Source: a virus
Taxonomy: Duplodnaviria; Caudoviricetes
DNA length: 35,808 bases
Virus record (IMG/VR): IMGVR_UViG_3300043416_000055
Location: 1 to 35,808 of that record
Reading direction: 5' to 3' (one strand)
Part shown: positions 8,423-17,452 of the stretch, one piece after another
How the letters are laid out: each line of letters opens with the position of its first letter
Position numbering within the stretch: the stretch's first letter is position 1
The notes under the pieces: model-generated
Database searches by the model: none
Seen by the model: only the letters and a program-made list of their open reading frames with translations
What the model was told of the DNA's origin: nothing
Program-made: the position numbers and the translations under genes

Positions 8423-9310
8423 TTACATTTCGAGCAAGCCGCGTAGCTTGCCCTTAGAAATCTTGCCGCTATTGATGGCGTCCATCAACTCAATGCCGTA
8501 CTTCTTTACAGCCTTGTCGTTAATAACAAACTCGCCAGACTTTAATGCTCTATAACCCTCATCTGGACCGGAAGGGTTTTTTCCAGATAACATATCCATT
8601 GTTATATATCCACCTTTTGCAGAACCAGTATCTCTATTTGTTTGTGATCCAGAGTCTCTAGTACTATCAGAGCCACTTGATGTAGAGCTCCCTCCATCAC
8701 CGCCAACACCGCTACCAGTTCCACCAAATCCCATGCCACCACGGGCTGCAACTCCTGCATCAGAACCGCCGGTAAAACCACCTCCAGCATCACGGCTACC
8801 CCATCCACCATATTCACCACCGCTACTAGCATTAACTGCACCAGTAGAAGGTGAAAAAGAGCTACCAGGTGCAGCACCTGATCCTGAGAATGCCCCACTC
8901 ATAAGACCTCGTGATACTGCTGTAGATGCCTGGTTAAGACCAACATCACCTAACAAATTAGCCAATGTGTTTGCGTATGGAGCAAGCGAAGCAGGAAAAC
9001 CACCGCTATAACTTCCACCTCCATCACCAGCGCCGTCATAGCTTCTATTTCCACCACCAACGCGAGTTACTTTCTGCACTACAGGAGCCTGCGCTACAGG
9101 TGCAGTAAGGCGCTTGTACAGGTCGGAGTTATAGCCACCACCAGCAGCACTACCGCCACCATAGACGTTACCCATGCCTTGCTGGTAATTAGTTCCATCC
9201 ATGCCACCGTAGCTTCCCATCTGGGACATGGTTGCCTGGTACGGGGAATAATTCTCTGGGATAGAGATATTATTTGCCTTCAGATAATCAGAGATGCCAC
9301 CAAGACTCAT
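8423..9310 (-). CDS. Gly/Ser-rich virion-associated protein with C-terminal AKGG...GP.D...GEFV motif
   Basis: Low-complexity body; C-terminal motif of a type seen in tape-measure and ejection proteins. Confidence 0.75.
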   Translation of the reverse strand: MSLGGISDYLKANNISIPENYSPYQATMSQMGSYGGMDGTNYQQGMGNVYGGGSAAGGGYNSDLYKRLTAPVAQAPVVQKVTRVGGGNRSYDGAGDGGGSYSGGFPASLAPYANTLANLLGDVGLNQASTAVSRGLMSGAFSGSGAAPGSSFSPSTGAVNASSGGEYGGWGSRDAGGGFTGGSDAGVAARGGMGFGGTGSGVGGDGGSSTSSGSDSTRDSGSQTNRDTGSAKGGYITMDMLSGKNPSGPDEGYRALKSGEFVINDKAVKKYGIELMDAINSGKISKGKLRGLLEM

Positions 9311-9320
9311 ATCGTTCCCC

Positions 9321-9689
9321 TTACAAATTCTTGCTCAAAATGAACCACTTAGGTTCGTATCCTTCATCGCGCAGAAACGTCTTGGCCCAGCCCTTACGTC
9401 CTGCGAGAGTAACTCGCGTGCAACCTAAACTCTTGCCCCAACGCTCGATGTGTGGTCGCATCAGCTTGAGTTCATCTAGGTCGCCGCCAGCCAAGAAGTA
9501 ATGCAAGTTCTTGATTCGCGGGTAGACAATGATCTCGGTCACCACCACAGACTTGACGCCTGGCCATAGTTGGAACCTGTTACTTCCAACCCCATCGGCA
9601 ATATCGTCAAAGGTGTGTGTGCCTTCAGAGTATTCTAAAGCCGATTCGACCTGCTGGCGCAGCCTGTGCAAGTCCTCCAGGTCTGTCAT
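9321..9689 (-). CDS. GNAT-fold tail assembly protein (T7 gp13/P22 gp14-like position)
   Basis: Start moved to ATG 9689 (ATGA overlap); GC.......GRKGW motif; follows the nozzle gene. Confidence 0.8.
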   Translation of the reverse strand: MTDLEDLHRLRQQVESALEYSEGTHTFDDIADGVGSNRFQLWPGVKSVVVTEIIVYPRIKNLHYFLAGGDLDELKLMRPHIERWGKSLGCTRVTLAGRKGWAKTFLRDEGYEPKWFILSKNL

Positions 9690-11170
9690 CGACGCCCACC
9701 GGCTGTAGCCTCCAGACGCATAACTCCAACCCGCCAATCAGCCAAAACGTTACCCGTTACCTTTACCGAGACCTGCCTCCCAGAGAATCGGACGCTGGTA
9801 GGGTTTGCCGCCGTAAAGGGTCCGAAAGTAGACTCCGCGCCGGTAGGGTAGAACCTTGACGCAAACGAAACCACGGCCTCACCCAGCGTATGCTCGTCAG
9901 GGATTACTTGCTTGACGTTCATTATGTTTTCGCCGGTTCCCAATTCAATGGGTCCAGATTGCGCGAACAAGGTAGCCGAGTCGTAGGAAAAACCGACCTC
10001 GTGCTCGTAGATGTAGCCGCTACTGTCCACCATCAGCGGGTAAGTGAACACCCCAGCATCCGTACCCGCCAGGCGAGACAATGTGCCTATGTTCCAGTGA
10101 CCCTCGCGGTAGTTGTACGTCACGTAACTATCATTCTCATTGGAGTCATTGGAGGGATAAAACCACCATATCTCACCAAATTTGCTGTTGTGGACGGCGT
10201 AGATTTTTGACTTCTGAGTCAGGTTTATGTCGCCAAAGACGTAGTCAGATACATCGCAAGCCAGTGGCTTGGCGTACCCGTCATACATCCAAAACCCGCT
10301 ACTGCTCATCCAGATTGCGGCAGTGTCGATAGCGGCCACTGACTGCGCCGAGATCAACCCGCACCCGCTACCAGCCTTGTCAAACCCGTAAACGAATGGT
10401 GCTCCAATGTATTGCGCGACGTGTACGTCAAGGTCAGTGAACAGTAGGTTTACACCCTTGACGCGCTTACCGGCAATCAAACTGCCTGGTGTGGCCAGCT
10501 CATAGTCACCCGCCAAATTGTTTACGTCAGCAGTCCAAACCGTATTGTTTTCTTGATCTGACCAGGCCACCTTACGCGGGTTCCCACCAGCGCCCAAAGC
10601 AAACATGATCCTCTCAGAAGTCACCATCACCGCCTTGCAGCCCGTCGGAGCATTGGTGATGGCCGCTGCCAGCGTAGGCGTAGTAAACCCTAGCTGCCAC
10701 TCGTACAGCTTGCCGTCTGCGCTTGAACAGGCTACCAGGTACTCGCCCCAAGTATCCAAAGACCATGTGGTTGCGCTTACAACCTCACCCAGATCAGGAC
10801 GCTGCACGCCATACGCATAGCTACCGTAGGTGCTTGATCCGTACCCTGTGTAGGACGTGGCGTCAGCAATTCCAGAAGTGAAACTAGTTGGAGTGATGTC
10901 CTTCAGAGTACCAGACTCATTCATAGCGTAAAGTTTTGAGTGCGTACCGGCTGCAATCCAACGGTCATTGGTGTTATCACGCCAGGTAATCAGTCCCCTG
11001 CACTTCCCAGACATCGCAGTCTGACTGCTGAAACGCTTACGCCACCCGTTGACAGGTCGCAGAGTGTTCTCGTACCAGCGAACCAGGTTAGCGTCGTACC
11101 AGCGCCCAGATGACTGATACTCGGTCCCGTTACGGTAAATTCCTGGTGGTATTTTCAAAGGTATGTACAT
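9686..11170 (-). CDS. Tail nozzle / packaged-DNA stabilisation protein (P22 gp10-like)
   Basis: Start at MYIPLKIPPG; beta-rich; GCG, EIWWFYPS motifs; synteny. Confidence 0.8.
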   Translation of the reverse strand: MYIPLKIPPGIYRNGTEYQSSGRWYDANLVRWYENTLRPVNGWRKRFSSQTAMSGKCRGLITWRDNTNDRWIAAGTHSKLYAMNESGTLKDITPTSFTSGIADATSYTGYGSSTYGSYAYGVQRPDLGEVVSATTWSLDTWGEYLVACSSADGKLYEWQLGFTTPTLAAAITNAPTGCKAVMVTSERIMFALGAGGNPRKVAWSDQENNTVWTADVNNLAGDYELATPGSLIAGKRVKGVNLLFTDLDVHVAQYIGAPFVYGFDKAGSGCGLISAQSVAAIDTAAIWMSSSGFWMYDGYAKPLACDVSDYVFGDINLTQKSKIYAVHNSKFGEIWWFYPSNDSNENDSYVTYNYREGHWNIGTLSRLAGTDAGVFTYPLMVDSSGYIYEHEVGFSYDSATLFAQSGPIELGTGENIMNVKQVIPDEHTLGEAVVSFASRFYPTGAESTFGPFTAANPTSVRFSGRQVSVKVTGNVLADWRVGVMRLEATAGGRR

Positions 11171-11177
11171 GACGTTC

Positions 11178-11816
11178 TCACATTGTGTTTGACACAAATT
11201 GCATTGTCGCAATCAGCGACGCGGTAGACGGGTAGTTGGACGCCGCAGCGTATGCCTGGATGCTGACTGCGGTGCTATCAGTCTCCCACCAAAGCTCAAC
11301 GTAGTCGTTAGCGTTAAGTGATAGGTTGTAATTCCATCCCACGATTGTGTGGCCATTGACCGATCCATGCTTAGATGGTATTCCAGTAAATCCAGTAGAG
11401 CCAACAAGGTTTGTCCCGTTGACCTTGATCCATACCCTTGCATCATGGTCCTGGCTATCTGTATTCTCAAACTGCCCTGACCACTGAAGGTTATAGATAC
11501 CAGAGTCAGAAACCGTGATGCGCGAGCTGCTGACTACCGTAATTCCATTGGTGAAATCGGTTGTATTGAACGTCATCGCGTATGCGGTATTGATGGCCGC
11601 TGCCGTCTGGTCTGCCGTACTCTGAAAGGCTCCATAAGGCGCATTTATGTACCTGCTACCCCTAACCCCAAATATGGCTCCAAGTACCGCAGTCAGCTTC
11701 CTAAAGTAAGCATTGAGTGCTCCATTGGACTCGGAGAACACGCGAAACTCATACTCCTGTGATGGATACCCAAGGTTTGGAGGAGACGGAGTCTCTAGTT
11801 TTTGCTGTACGGCCAT
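11178..11816 (-). CDS. Tail/needle-like protein with C1q/BclA-like C-terminal jelly-roll
   Basis: PYGAF...ITV..SGIYNLQWS...L.ANDYVELW pattern. Confidence 0.75.
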   Translation of the reverse strand: MAVQQKLETPSPPNLGYPSQEYEFRVFSESNGALNAYFRKLTAVLGAIFGVRGSRYINAPYGAFQSTADQTAAAINTAYAMTFNTTDFTNGITVVSSSRITVSDSGIYNLQWSGQFENTDSQDHDARVWIKVNGTNLVGSTGFTGIPSKHGSVNGHTIVGWNYNLSLNANDYVELWWETDSTAVSIQAYAAASNYPSTASLIATMQFVSNTM

Positions 11817-11834
11817 AGTTTTATTGTGCCACCA

Positions 11835-12311
11835 TTAGGACAAAAATAGGACGCGCTCATCCTTGCGCCGGTTCTGCAAACCCTTTAAAGGCTTACCACC
11901 GGCCATGCAATACTTTAGGAGTTCTTCCGCAGCGCCTTCCATATCCCCGCGTAGCACTTTCTGGCGTAGCGTACTACGCTGGAGTGTCCCAAGGCCCACG
12001 TTAAAAGAGAAACTGACAAGACCATCAAACTGACCCTGTGTAAGAACGACAGGACAGAATCGTTCCACTCCGCGCTCAAAGCGCTCCAGGTCTGCTGCAA
12101 GTATTCCATCAACTTCCTCCATAGACCACAGCCGGTCATCCTCTGGCCTTAATGGGTATCCATTGCGTTCTTCCAGTTTCAGTTTGCCCTGGGCTGGGTA
12201 CAGTACATGGCCAACGCCAACAGTCCAAAGCAAAGCAGGACAGCGATAAGGACGCTGCCTGATACCCTCATGGTGCTTAATCATTGACAATGCTTTGGCA
12301 GAAACTTTCAT
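11835..12311 (-). CDS. Endolysin, GH24 lysozyme
   Basis: HEG..Y.CPA..WTVGVGH; FD.LVSFSFNVG; GL.NRR..E; start moved to MKVS at 12311. Confidence 0.95.
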   Translation of the reverse strand: MKVSAKALSMIKHHEGIRQRPYRCPALLWTVGVGHVLYPAQGKLKLEERNGYPLRPEDDRLWSMEEVDGILAADLERFERGVERFCPVVLTQGQFDGLVSFSFNVGLGTLQRSTLRQKVLRGDMEGAAEELLKYCMAGGKPLKGLQNRRKDERVLFLS

Positions 12312-12460
12312 TTCTTTTGCGTTTGTACGCACCCTACTTTGTAGCCCAGCTCGCGCCACTCTTTAGCCGCCTTTTGGCAGGCAGCTTCATACTCAAAATA
12401 TCCAACGATCATTATTGAGTTCATGTTGATACCTGTAATGAGCACCAGGGTCCAGATCAT
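12308..12460 (-). CDS. 50-aa protein with hydrophobic N-terminus and two Cys (not in ORF track)
   Basis: MIWTLVLITGINMNSIMIVGYFEYEAACQKAAKEWRELGYKVGCVQTQKK; ATGA overlaps at both ends. Confidence 0.8.
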   Translation of the reverse strand: MIWTLVLITGINMNSIMIVGYFEYEAACQKAAKEWRELGYKVGCVQTQKK

Positions 12461-12972
12461 TTTCCAAAGGCTCTACCGCCAAAATGGAACGCTACTATGG
12501 AAGCAAACAGCGCCTGGGTATTGCTATCCCACAGCTTGTCAGCCAGCGCAGGGAATGCCACGCCATTGTTGTATCCATAGATAAAAAGGCCAACGTCTAC
12601 AAAAACCAGTAGCAGGAAAAATCCCATTGTGATAAAGCTACGGGTTCCAGCACGCAAGTCTTTTATCCATTGTGACGTTCCCTCTCCCAGAGACTCGTCG
12701 TGCTTATAGATAGCGTTCATCTCAGCCACCTGCGCATTGACCAGGTTCTCGTTAGCCTTCGCAGTTGTCTCTAGTTCCAGTTGCTGGCTGTGTATCTGCT
12801 CTACTCGTTCCTGCGCCTCAAAGCCTGCTTTGCGTAGCTCTAGCTCGCGCTCGATCTGCATGGCTGCCAGCGCTAGCTCGTGCTTCTTGTCGTTGCGGTC
12901 TTGGAAGAAATCTAGTAACTTAGGAAGTCCACCCATCAGGAAAGAGATCAGAGTAGATAGGATAGTCAGCAT
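12457..12972 (-). CDS. Holin-like membrane protein (3TM holin type)
   Basis: N-terminal hydrophobic helix, coiled coil, two C-terminal TM segments ending FHFGGR; next to the lysin. Confidence 0.75.
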   Translation of the reverse strand: MLTILSTLISFLMGGLPKLLDFFQDRNDKKHELALAAMQIERELELRKAGFEAQERVEQIHSQQLELETTAKANENLVNAQVAEMNAIYKHDESLGEGTSQWIKDLRAGTRSFITMGFFLLLVFVDVGLFIYGYNNGVAFPALADKLWDSNTQALFASIVAFHFGGRAFGK

Positions 12973-12975
12973 GGT

Positions 12976-13221
12976 TTAGTCCTTTTTGCAGGGGGGAGCA
13001 TCTTCACTATGGGAAAGTTTTACGCCAGCCAGAAGCCCAATAAAGCCACCAACAATGGTTTGGAATGCGGGGGATATGAGTTTAAAGATTTCGGCATTGT
13101 CCACAATGGGGTTGAACAGACCAGCCATTAGCACACCGACCATCCCAATTACTACAACGCACAAGGTGAAGCTGACCATTAGGGTCACAAAGAACGTAAG
13201 TTTTGATTTGATGTCATTCAT
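12976..13221 (-). CDS. Two-TM membrane protein
   Basis: Start at ATG 13221 (TGATG coupling); two hydrophobic segments. Confidence 0.75.
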   Translation of the reverse strand: MNDIKSKLTFFVTLMVSFTLCVVVIGMVGVLMAGLFNPIVDNAEIFKLISPAFQTIVGGFIGLLAGVKLSHSEDAPPCKKD

Positions 13222-13694
13222 CAGTGTTTCTCCAACAACATAGTAAGCCACCAAAAACATAAACCTAGCAACAGCAGTGCAAGAGCACCACCAATTAGCC
13301 AGGTCAATAAATCATCAATATCTGCCTTGCGCTTTTTGGCGTGATTCTCTGCCAGTATTTCTTCTACCTTGCGCTTTTGGATGATGTTGTTCCTCTCTAC
13401 CAGTAGCTGCTGCCAAAGGTCTGCATGGCCACTCATCACCATCCAATTATTTAACTCTCTCTCGGCATCAGCCAACTGCTTTGCCTGCATCACTATCTCA
13501 AACGCTTGCGCCGTATCCGACTTTGAGAAACTACTCTTAGGCTTGGACGCTTCCCTCTGGACAATGTCCTTTGCCTCGAAAAACTTCATCATCTCCCCGC
13601 CAATGGCGTGGATGTCCTTGCCCATCTTGATAGCGGCCTGCACCCCCTTTATCGCGGCTTGGGCAGTCGCAAATGCGGTGATGGGGTCTATCAT
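13221..13694 (-). CDS. Hypothetical protein with C-terminal TM anchor
   Basis: MIDPITAFA start; coiled coil; hydrophobic tail. Confidence 0.8.
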   Translation of the reverse strand: MIDPITAFATAQAAIKGVQAAIKMGKDIHAIGGEMMKFFEAKDIVQREASKPKSSFSKSDTAQAFEIVMQAKQLADAERELNNWMVMSGHADLWQQLLVERNNIIQKRKVEEILAENHAKKRKADIDDLLTWLIGGALALLLLGLCFWWLTMLLEKH

Positions 13695-13700
13695 TTTGAA

Positions 13701-13934
13701 TCACGGCTTGCCAAGTAAATGAGCAAAGTAACCTAAAAGACTCCCGATAGCAGAAACGATAACCATGCCCATCCAGAACCCACCCTTACCCTGGTTAGCC
13801 ATAGCAACAAGCGTTTCGATAGATGACTCCATCTTGTCGATCTTGGCGCTCATGTCATCAAACCGGCGCTCGTAGTCCTGCACCTTCTGCCAAAGCACAC
13901 CGTAGCGTACAGGGTCTATCTCTGGGGAATTCAT
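13701..13934 (-). CDS. Coiled-coil plus single-TM protein (XhlA/holin-like)
   Basis: Heptad repeats followed by GKGGFW and a TM helix. Confidence 0.75.
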   Translation of the reverse strand: MNSPEIDPVRYGVLWQKVQDYERRFDDMSAKIDKMESSIETLVAMANQGKGGFWMGMVIVSAIGSLLGYFAHLLGKP

Positions 13935-14197
13935 TTTGGATACTTATCTTTAACTGCTTGGCAGTCAGCTATGTACTTTGCAATTTGCGCCTGATCGCCC
14001 TTCACCACCCCGTCAAGGTAGTCGGTGTACGGCGGGTATTCAGCAGCACGCTTTTCGGCATAGGTAGGCTCTGTTGGCTGCGGTCGCAGGGCTTCAGCTT
14101 CCTCGTCCGTAATCTGGACAGAACCTTCTGGCAGCAGATGCGCGTAGGCATCGTCATCAAGAAAGTGCAGCGAGTTGTTGGGGGCTTTATAGTGCAT
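13931..14197 (-). CDS. Probable tail-fibre assembly chaperone
   Basis: Follows the fibre gene; YAEKRAAEYP...VKDKYPK motif; AAGGA RBS. Confidence 0.75.
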   Translation of the reverse strand: MHYKAPNNSLHFLDDDAYAHLLPEGSVQITDEEAEALRPQPTEPTYAEKRAAEYPPYTDYLDGVVKGDQAQIAKYIADCQAVKDKYPK

Positions 14198-14206
14198 GAT
14201 TTATCC

Positions 14207-15229
14207 TTAACGAAGCTCAGCCCAAATAGACTGGTTGGTTGCTGAGTAACCTTTTCCCGGCGGAACGACAAAAGTGCCTTGCAATTGAACAGCAGCAGCA
14301 CCATTGGCCCACGGGCTTGCAAGAGTAACCCCACCCACTATACAAATTATGTTGCCCCCGCCTGTGCTGGTTACAGACACAGTAATCGGTTTGCCGGTGG
14401 TGTTGTAGTATGTCGTTCCAGCTGTTCTACTTCCCGTTACGTCTTGCCAAGTCTGCCCATACCCCAACGAACTCATGTCTGTAACGGCATTGCCGCCAGC
14501 ACCTTGGATAGTGCTTGGTGCAGTAGCCCAAGTACCAGCAGTGGCCTGAGTAGATTCAATGTATCCAACGACACGAAACGCTACAGATGTGCGCGCTGTG
14601 GTAGAGTAAATAACATTATCTGAGTCTGCCGCCGTACTAATTGCCGTGGTGCTGATTAGGGTTGTTTCATTAAGGTTATTACCACCAGCAATATTTACAA
14701 CTGCCAATTCAACTGTACCAGCGTTATCTATGGCTAGAACAATAATGCGAGATTGCGTAGCATTTACTGTTCCTAATGTAGCTGTAGAAGGTACAACCAC
14801 TGATATTGCAGAACTAACCGTTCTACGATTAACCGTACCACTTGTTAAAGTAGAACTACGAAAATCTAATGCTATAGGATTTAAAGTAACTGTTAAAGCA
14901 CTAGAAGCAACTGATGCAGTTATAGGCAGTATTTCATAATGCGCTGTAGGCGCAGTGCTTGCCCATGTTGTTCCGTTGCTAGTAAGCACATTGCCTGATG
15001 TGCTAGGGGCCACTACTTGAAGTGCTGAAGTCCCATTGCCTAACAGCACATTGTTTGCTGTCAAGGTCGCCGAACCAGTGCCGCCCTTTGCTACTTTAAG
15101 AACTGGACCTGCATCAAACAGTGCATCAATTAAATCCAGGTCTGCATTTACCTTTGTACCCCAGGTGTCGGTACTGGCCCCTACCTCGGGCTTGGTAAGT
15201 AGTAGGTTTGTGGTTGTCGTATCTGCCAT
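14207..15229 (-). CDS. Tail fibre protein
   Basis: TKPEVGAS.DTWG anchor; GGTG and GNVLTSNG repeats; GYGQTWQ...YYNTTGKPI...WAELR C-terminal domain. Confidence 0.85.
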   Translation of the reverse strand: MADTTTTNLLLTKPEVGASTDTWGTKVNADLDLIDALFDAGPVLKVAKGGTGSATLTANNVLLGNGTSALQVVAPSTSGNVLTSNGTTWASTAPTAHYEILPITASVASSALTVTLNPIALDFRSSTLTSGTVNRRTVSSAISVVVPSTATLGTVNATQSRIIVLAIDNAGTVELAVVNIAGGNNLNETTLISTTAISTAADSDNVIYSTTARTSVAFRVVGYIESTQATAGTWATAPSTIQGAGGNAVTDMSSLGYGQTWQDVTGSRTAGTTYYNTTGKPITVSVTSTGGGNIICIVGGVTLASPWANGAAAVQLQGTFVVPPGKGYSATNQSIWAELR

Positions 15230-15238
15230 GATTTACTC

Positions 15239-16774
15239 CTATGCAATTGCTTGCCAAGTTTCCGCGTTATCTGAAATTGCTGTCCATGATTCCGAAGTGT
15301 CTGTGCCTGGCGTCCAGCTCTCAGATGTATCCGAGATGGCTGACCAAGACTTAGAAGTGTCTGACTGCACTGACCAGGTTTCGGATGTGTCTGGCGTAAC
15401 GCCCCACCCAAAACCCAATACAGTACCAACAGAACCAGTGGCACTTACCCCAATTATCGCTATCTCGACGCTGTTTGTGACGCTATCAACATTAGACGCA
15501 GACTCTACACCAGTAATGTCTTGAAAGGTAATTACTTCAACGCCAAACGTCCCAACAGATAGCGTAGAAGTGTTACCAGTTAAAGCAATTAATGAATTAC
15601 CGCGTGAAACCGTGCCAACGGCAGCAGATGTTAAGTTTCCTGATAAATTAACCGACCTATCAGAAGTAACAGTGCCAGCAGATAGGGTTGAAGCATTGCC
15701 AGTGATTGCTTTACTGATTGATGCCGCAACCGATCCAGCAGACAATGTTGCCAAATTGCTAGATATCTCTTTTGTAATTCCAACTGTTCCAGCAGACAGT
15801 GTGGCCAAATTTCCGGTCAATGCAATAAGTGTATTTCCGCGCGCAACCGTACCAACCGCACCGGACGCTGCATTGCCTGTAATAGCTACAGTCCTAGAGG
15901 GAATGACTGTGCCTACGTTACCTGTAGCGGTGACGCCATCCTCTTGCTCTGAAATATTGACAAGCAATGTTCCGACTGCACCTGACGCTGCATTGCCGGA
16001 GATGGCAATAGATGTATCCCCACGCGCTACAGTACCAACCGCACCGGATAGCGCATTGCCAGTGATGGCCACTGTCCTCGATGGGATTACTGTTCCTACG
16101 TTACCCGTAGCAGATACACCATCCTCTTGCTTGGAAATATTTGAACTTAATGTACCGACTGCACCGGACGCTGCATTTCCAGTAATGGCTACAACCCTAG
16201 AGGGAATGACTGTTCCTACGTTACCCGTAGCAGTGACGCCGTCCTCTTGCTCTGAGACATTAACAAGCAATGATCCGACGGCGCCTGATGCCGCATTGCC
16301 GGTGATGGCTACAGTTCTTAATGGGGCAACCGTGCCTGCGTTTCCGGTTGCAACTACACCATCAATATAAAGGAGTATGGAAAACGTACCGACTGCACAC
16401 GTTGCAGCGTTTCCGGTAATTGACACAGTCCTGGACGTGGAGACTGTGCCTACAGCGCCTGATGACGCATTGCCGGTGATGGCTACAGTCCTTGATGGGG
16501 TAACCGTTCCTACGTTTCCGGTTGCAACTACACCATCAATATAAAGGGGTATGGAAAACGTACCGACTGCACACGTTGCCGCGTTGCCGGTAATGGCCAC
16601 AGTCCTGGACGTGGAGACTGTGCCTACGTTACCCGTAGCAACAACCCCGTCCTCTTGCTCTGAAATATTGACACGCAATGTGCCAACGGAACCAGTTGCC
16701 TGGTTGCCGCTGACAACTACATTACCTATTCCGTAGACGCCACTGCCGTAATAGCCAGAGCCATAAGCAGCCAT
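15239..16774 (-). CDS. Repeat-rich virion protein (about 20-aa G/A/T/V repeats; Trp-periodic tail)
   Basis: Many (I/L)TGNAxSGAVGT and EDGVxATGNVGT units; lies among the structural genes. Confidence 0.85.
   Translation of the reverse strand: MAAYGSGYYGSGVYGIGNVVVSGNQATGSVGTLRVNISEQEDGVVATGNVGTVSTSRTVAITGNAATCAVGTFSIPLYIDGVVATGNVGTVTPSRTVAITGNASSGAVGTVSTSRTVSITGNAATCAVGTFSILLYIDGVVATGNAGTVAPLRTVAITGNAASGAVGSLLVNVSEQEDGVTATGNVGTVIPSRVVAITGNAASGAVGTLSSNISKQEDGVSATGNVGTVIPSRTVAITGNALSGAVGTVARGDTSIAISGNAASGAVGTLLVNISEQEDGVTATGNVGTVIPSRTVAITGNAASGAVGTVARGNTLIALTGNLATLSAGTVGITKEISSNLATLSAGSVAASISKAITGNASTLSAGTVTSDRSVNLSGNLTSAAVGTVSRGNSLIALTGNTSTLSVGTFGVEVITFQDITGVESASNVDSVTNSVEIAIIGVSATGSVGTVLGFGWGVTPDTSETWSVQSDTSKSWSAISDTSESWTPGTDTSESWTAISDNAETWQAIA
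15420..16720. repeat. Degenerate tandem coding repeats of about 54-60 bp, with near-identical higher-order duplications
   Basis: For example the blocks starting at 16339 and 16513 are almost identical (174-bp offset). Confidence 0.9.
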
Positions 16775-16789
16775 AGCGCTGCCCCCAGG

Positions 16790-17251
16790 TTATGCCAGCC
16801 GAATTAGGCCGGTGCTGGAGTCATTTGTTGGCATGGTCAGGGTAAACGTACCAGCGGTCACTGTCTGTGACCCAAAGGTATGCACGCTGACTGCCTTGTT
16901 GCTCTGGCTTGAGTTATAGATTAGGACGGCATCAAAGGCGGTGGCCAGCGTTACAGTGGTGTAAGCAATGCTTGCGCTGGGAGTGATAAACGCCGTGGTG
17001 CTTGTAGAGGACGGGGCAGTACCAAACGTGACTGCAACACCTCCAGCGGTATATCCAGTACCACTCACTTCACCAGTGGCGCTGTAGGCCGTTGTGGTGG
17101 AGTTCACGGTGGCGCTGGCCAGGTACAAAGCAGCCTTGAAACTGTCTGCCGTAGAAACAGTGTGCGCAGGCACTCCAGTTCCGTTAAATGCATGGACCGC
17201 GTTCAATAGGTCAACCTTAAACGAAGTACACATTGCTTGAGTATTTGCCAT
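16790..17251 (-). CDS. Phage structural protein, 153 aa
   Basis: TSFK..LL...FK.ALY...GEVSGTGYTAGG motif; synteny. Confidence 0.8.
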   Translation of the reverse strand: MANTQAMCTSFKVDLLNAVHAFNGTGVPAHTVSTADSFKAALYLASATVNSTTTAYSATGEVSGTGYTAGGVAVTFGTAPSSTSTTAFITPSASIAYTTVTLATAFDAVLIYNSSQSNKAVSVHTFGSQTVTAGTFTLTMPTNDSSTGLIRLA

Positions 17252-17260
17252 GATATTTTC

Positions 17261-17452
17261 CTATGCGATCATTGCCGCGACACCCTCTGCCGCGACATTC
17301 TTTTTCAACAAAACATGAACCGATCTGTGGACCAGTTCGCCATCTAACCAGTACTCTGTCCAACTTGTCAACTCGTTGTCGTTCTCAATAGAACCCTCTT
17401 GCTTTACCAGCAGAGAGTCATCCATATCGCCCTTTGTAGTCGTAACAATCAT
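17261..17452 (-). CDS. Hypothetical protein, 63 aa
   Basis: ATGA coupling; EYWLDGELVHRSVHV. Confidence 0.75.
   Translation of the reverse strand: MIVTTTKGDMDDSLLVKQEGSIENDNELTSWTEYWLDGELVHRSVHVLLKKNVAAEGVAAMIA

Noticed and set aside
15036-16736. Long + strand ORFs opposite the repeat and fibre genes
   Set aside because: Antisense shadows of repetitive G/A/T/V codons; the same applies to the many + strand ORFs between 4165 and 34336.
15239-16774. Diversity-generating retroelement TR/VR pair
   Set aside because: No reverse transcriptase; the repeats are intragenic tandem units and the differences are not adenine-specific.
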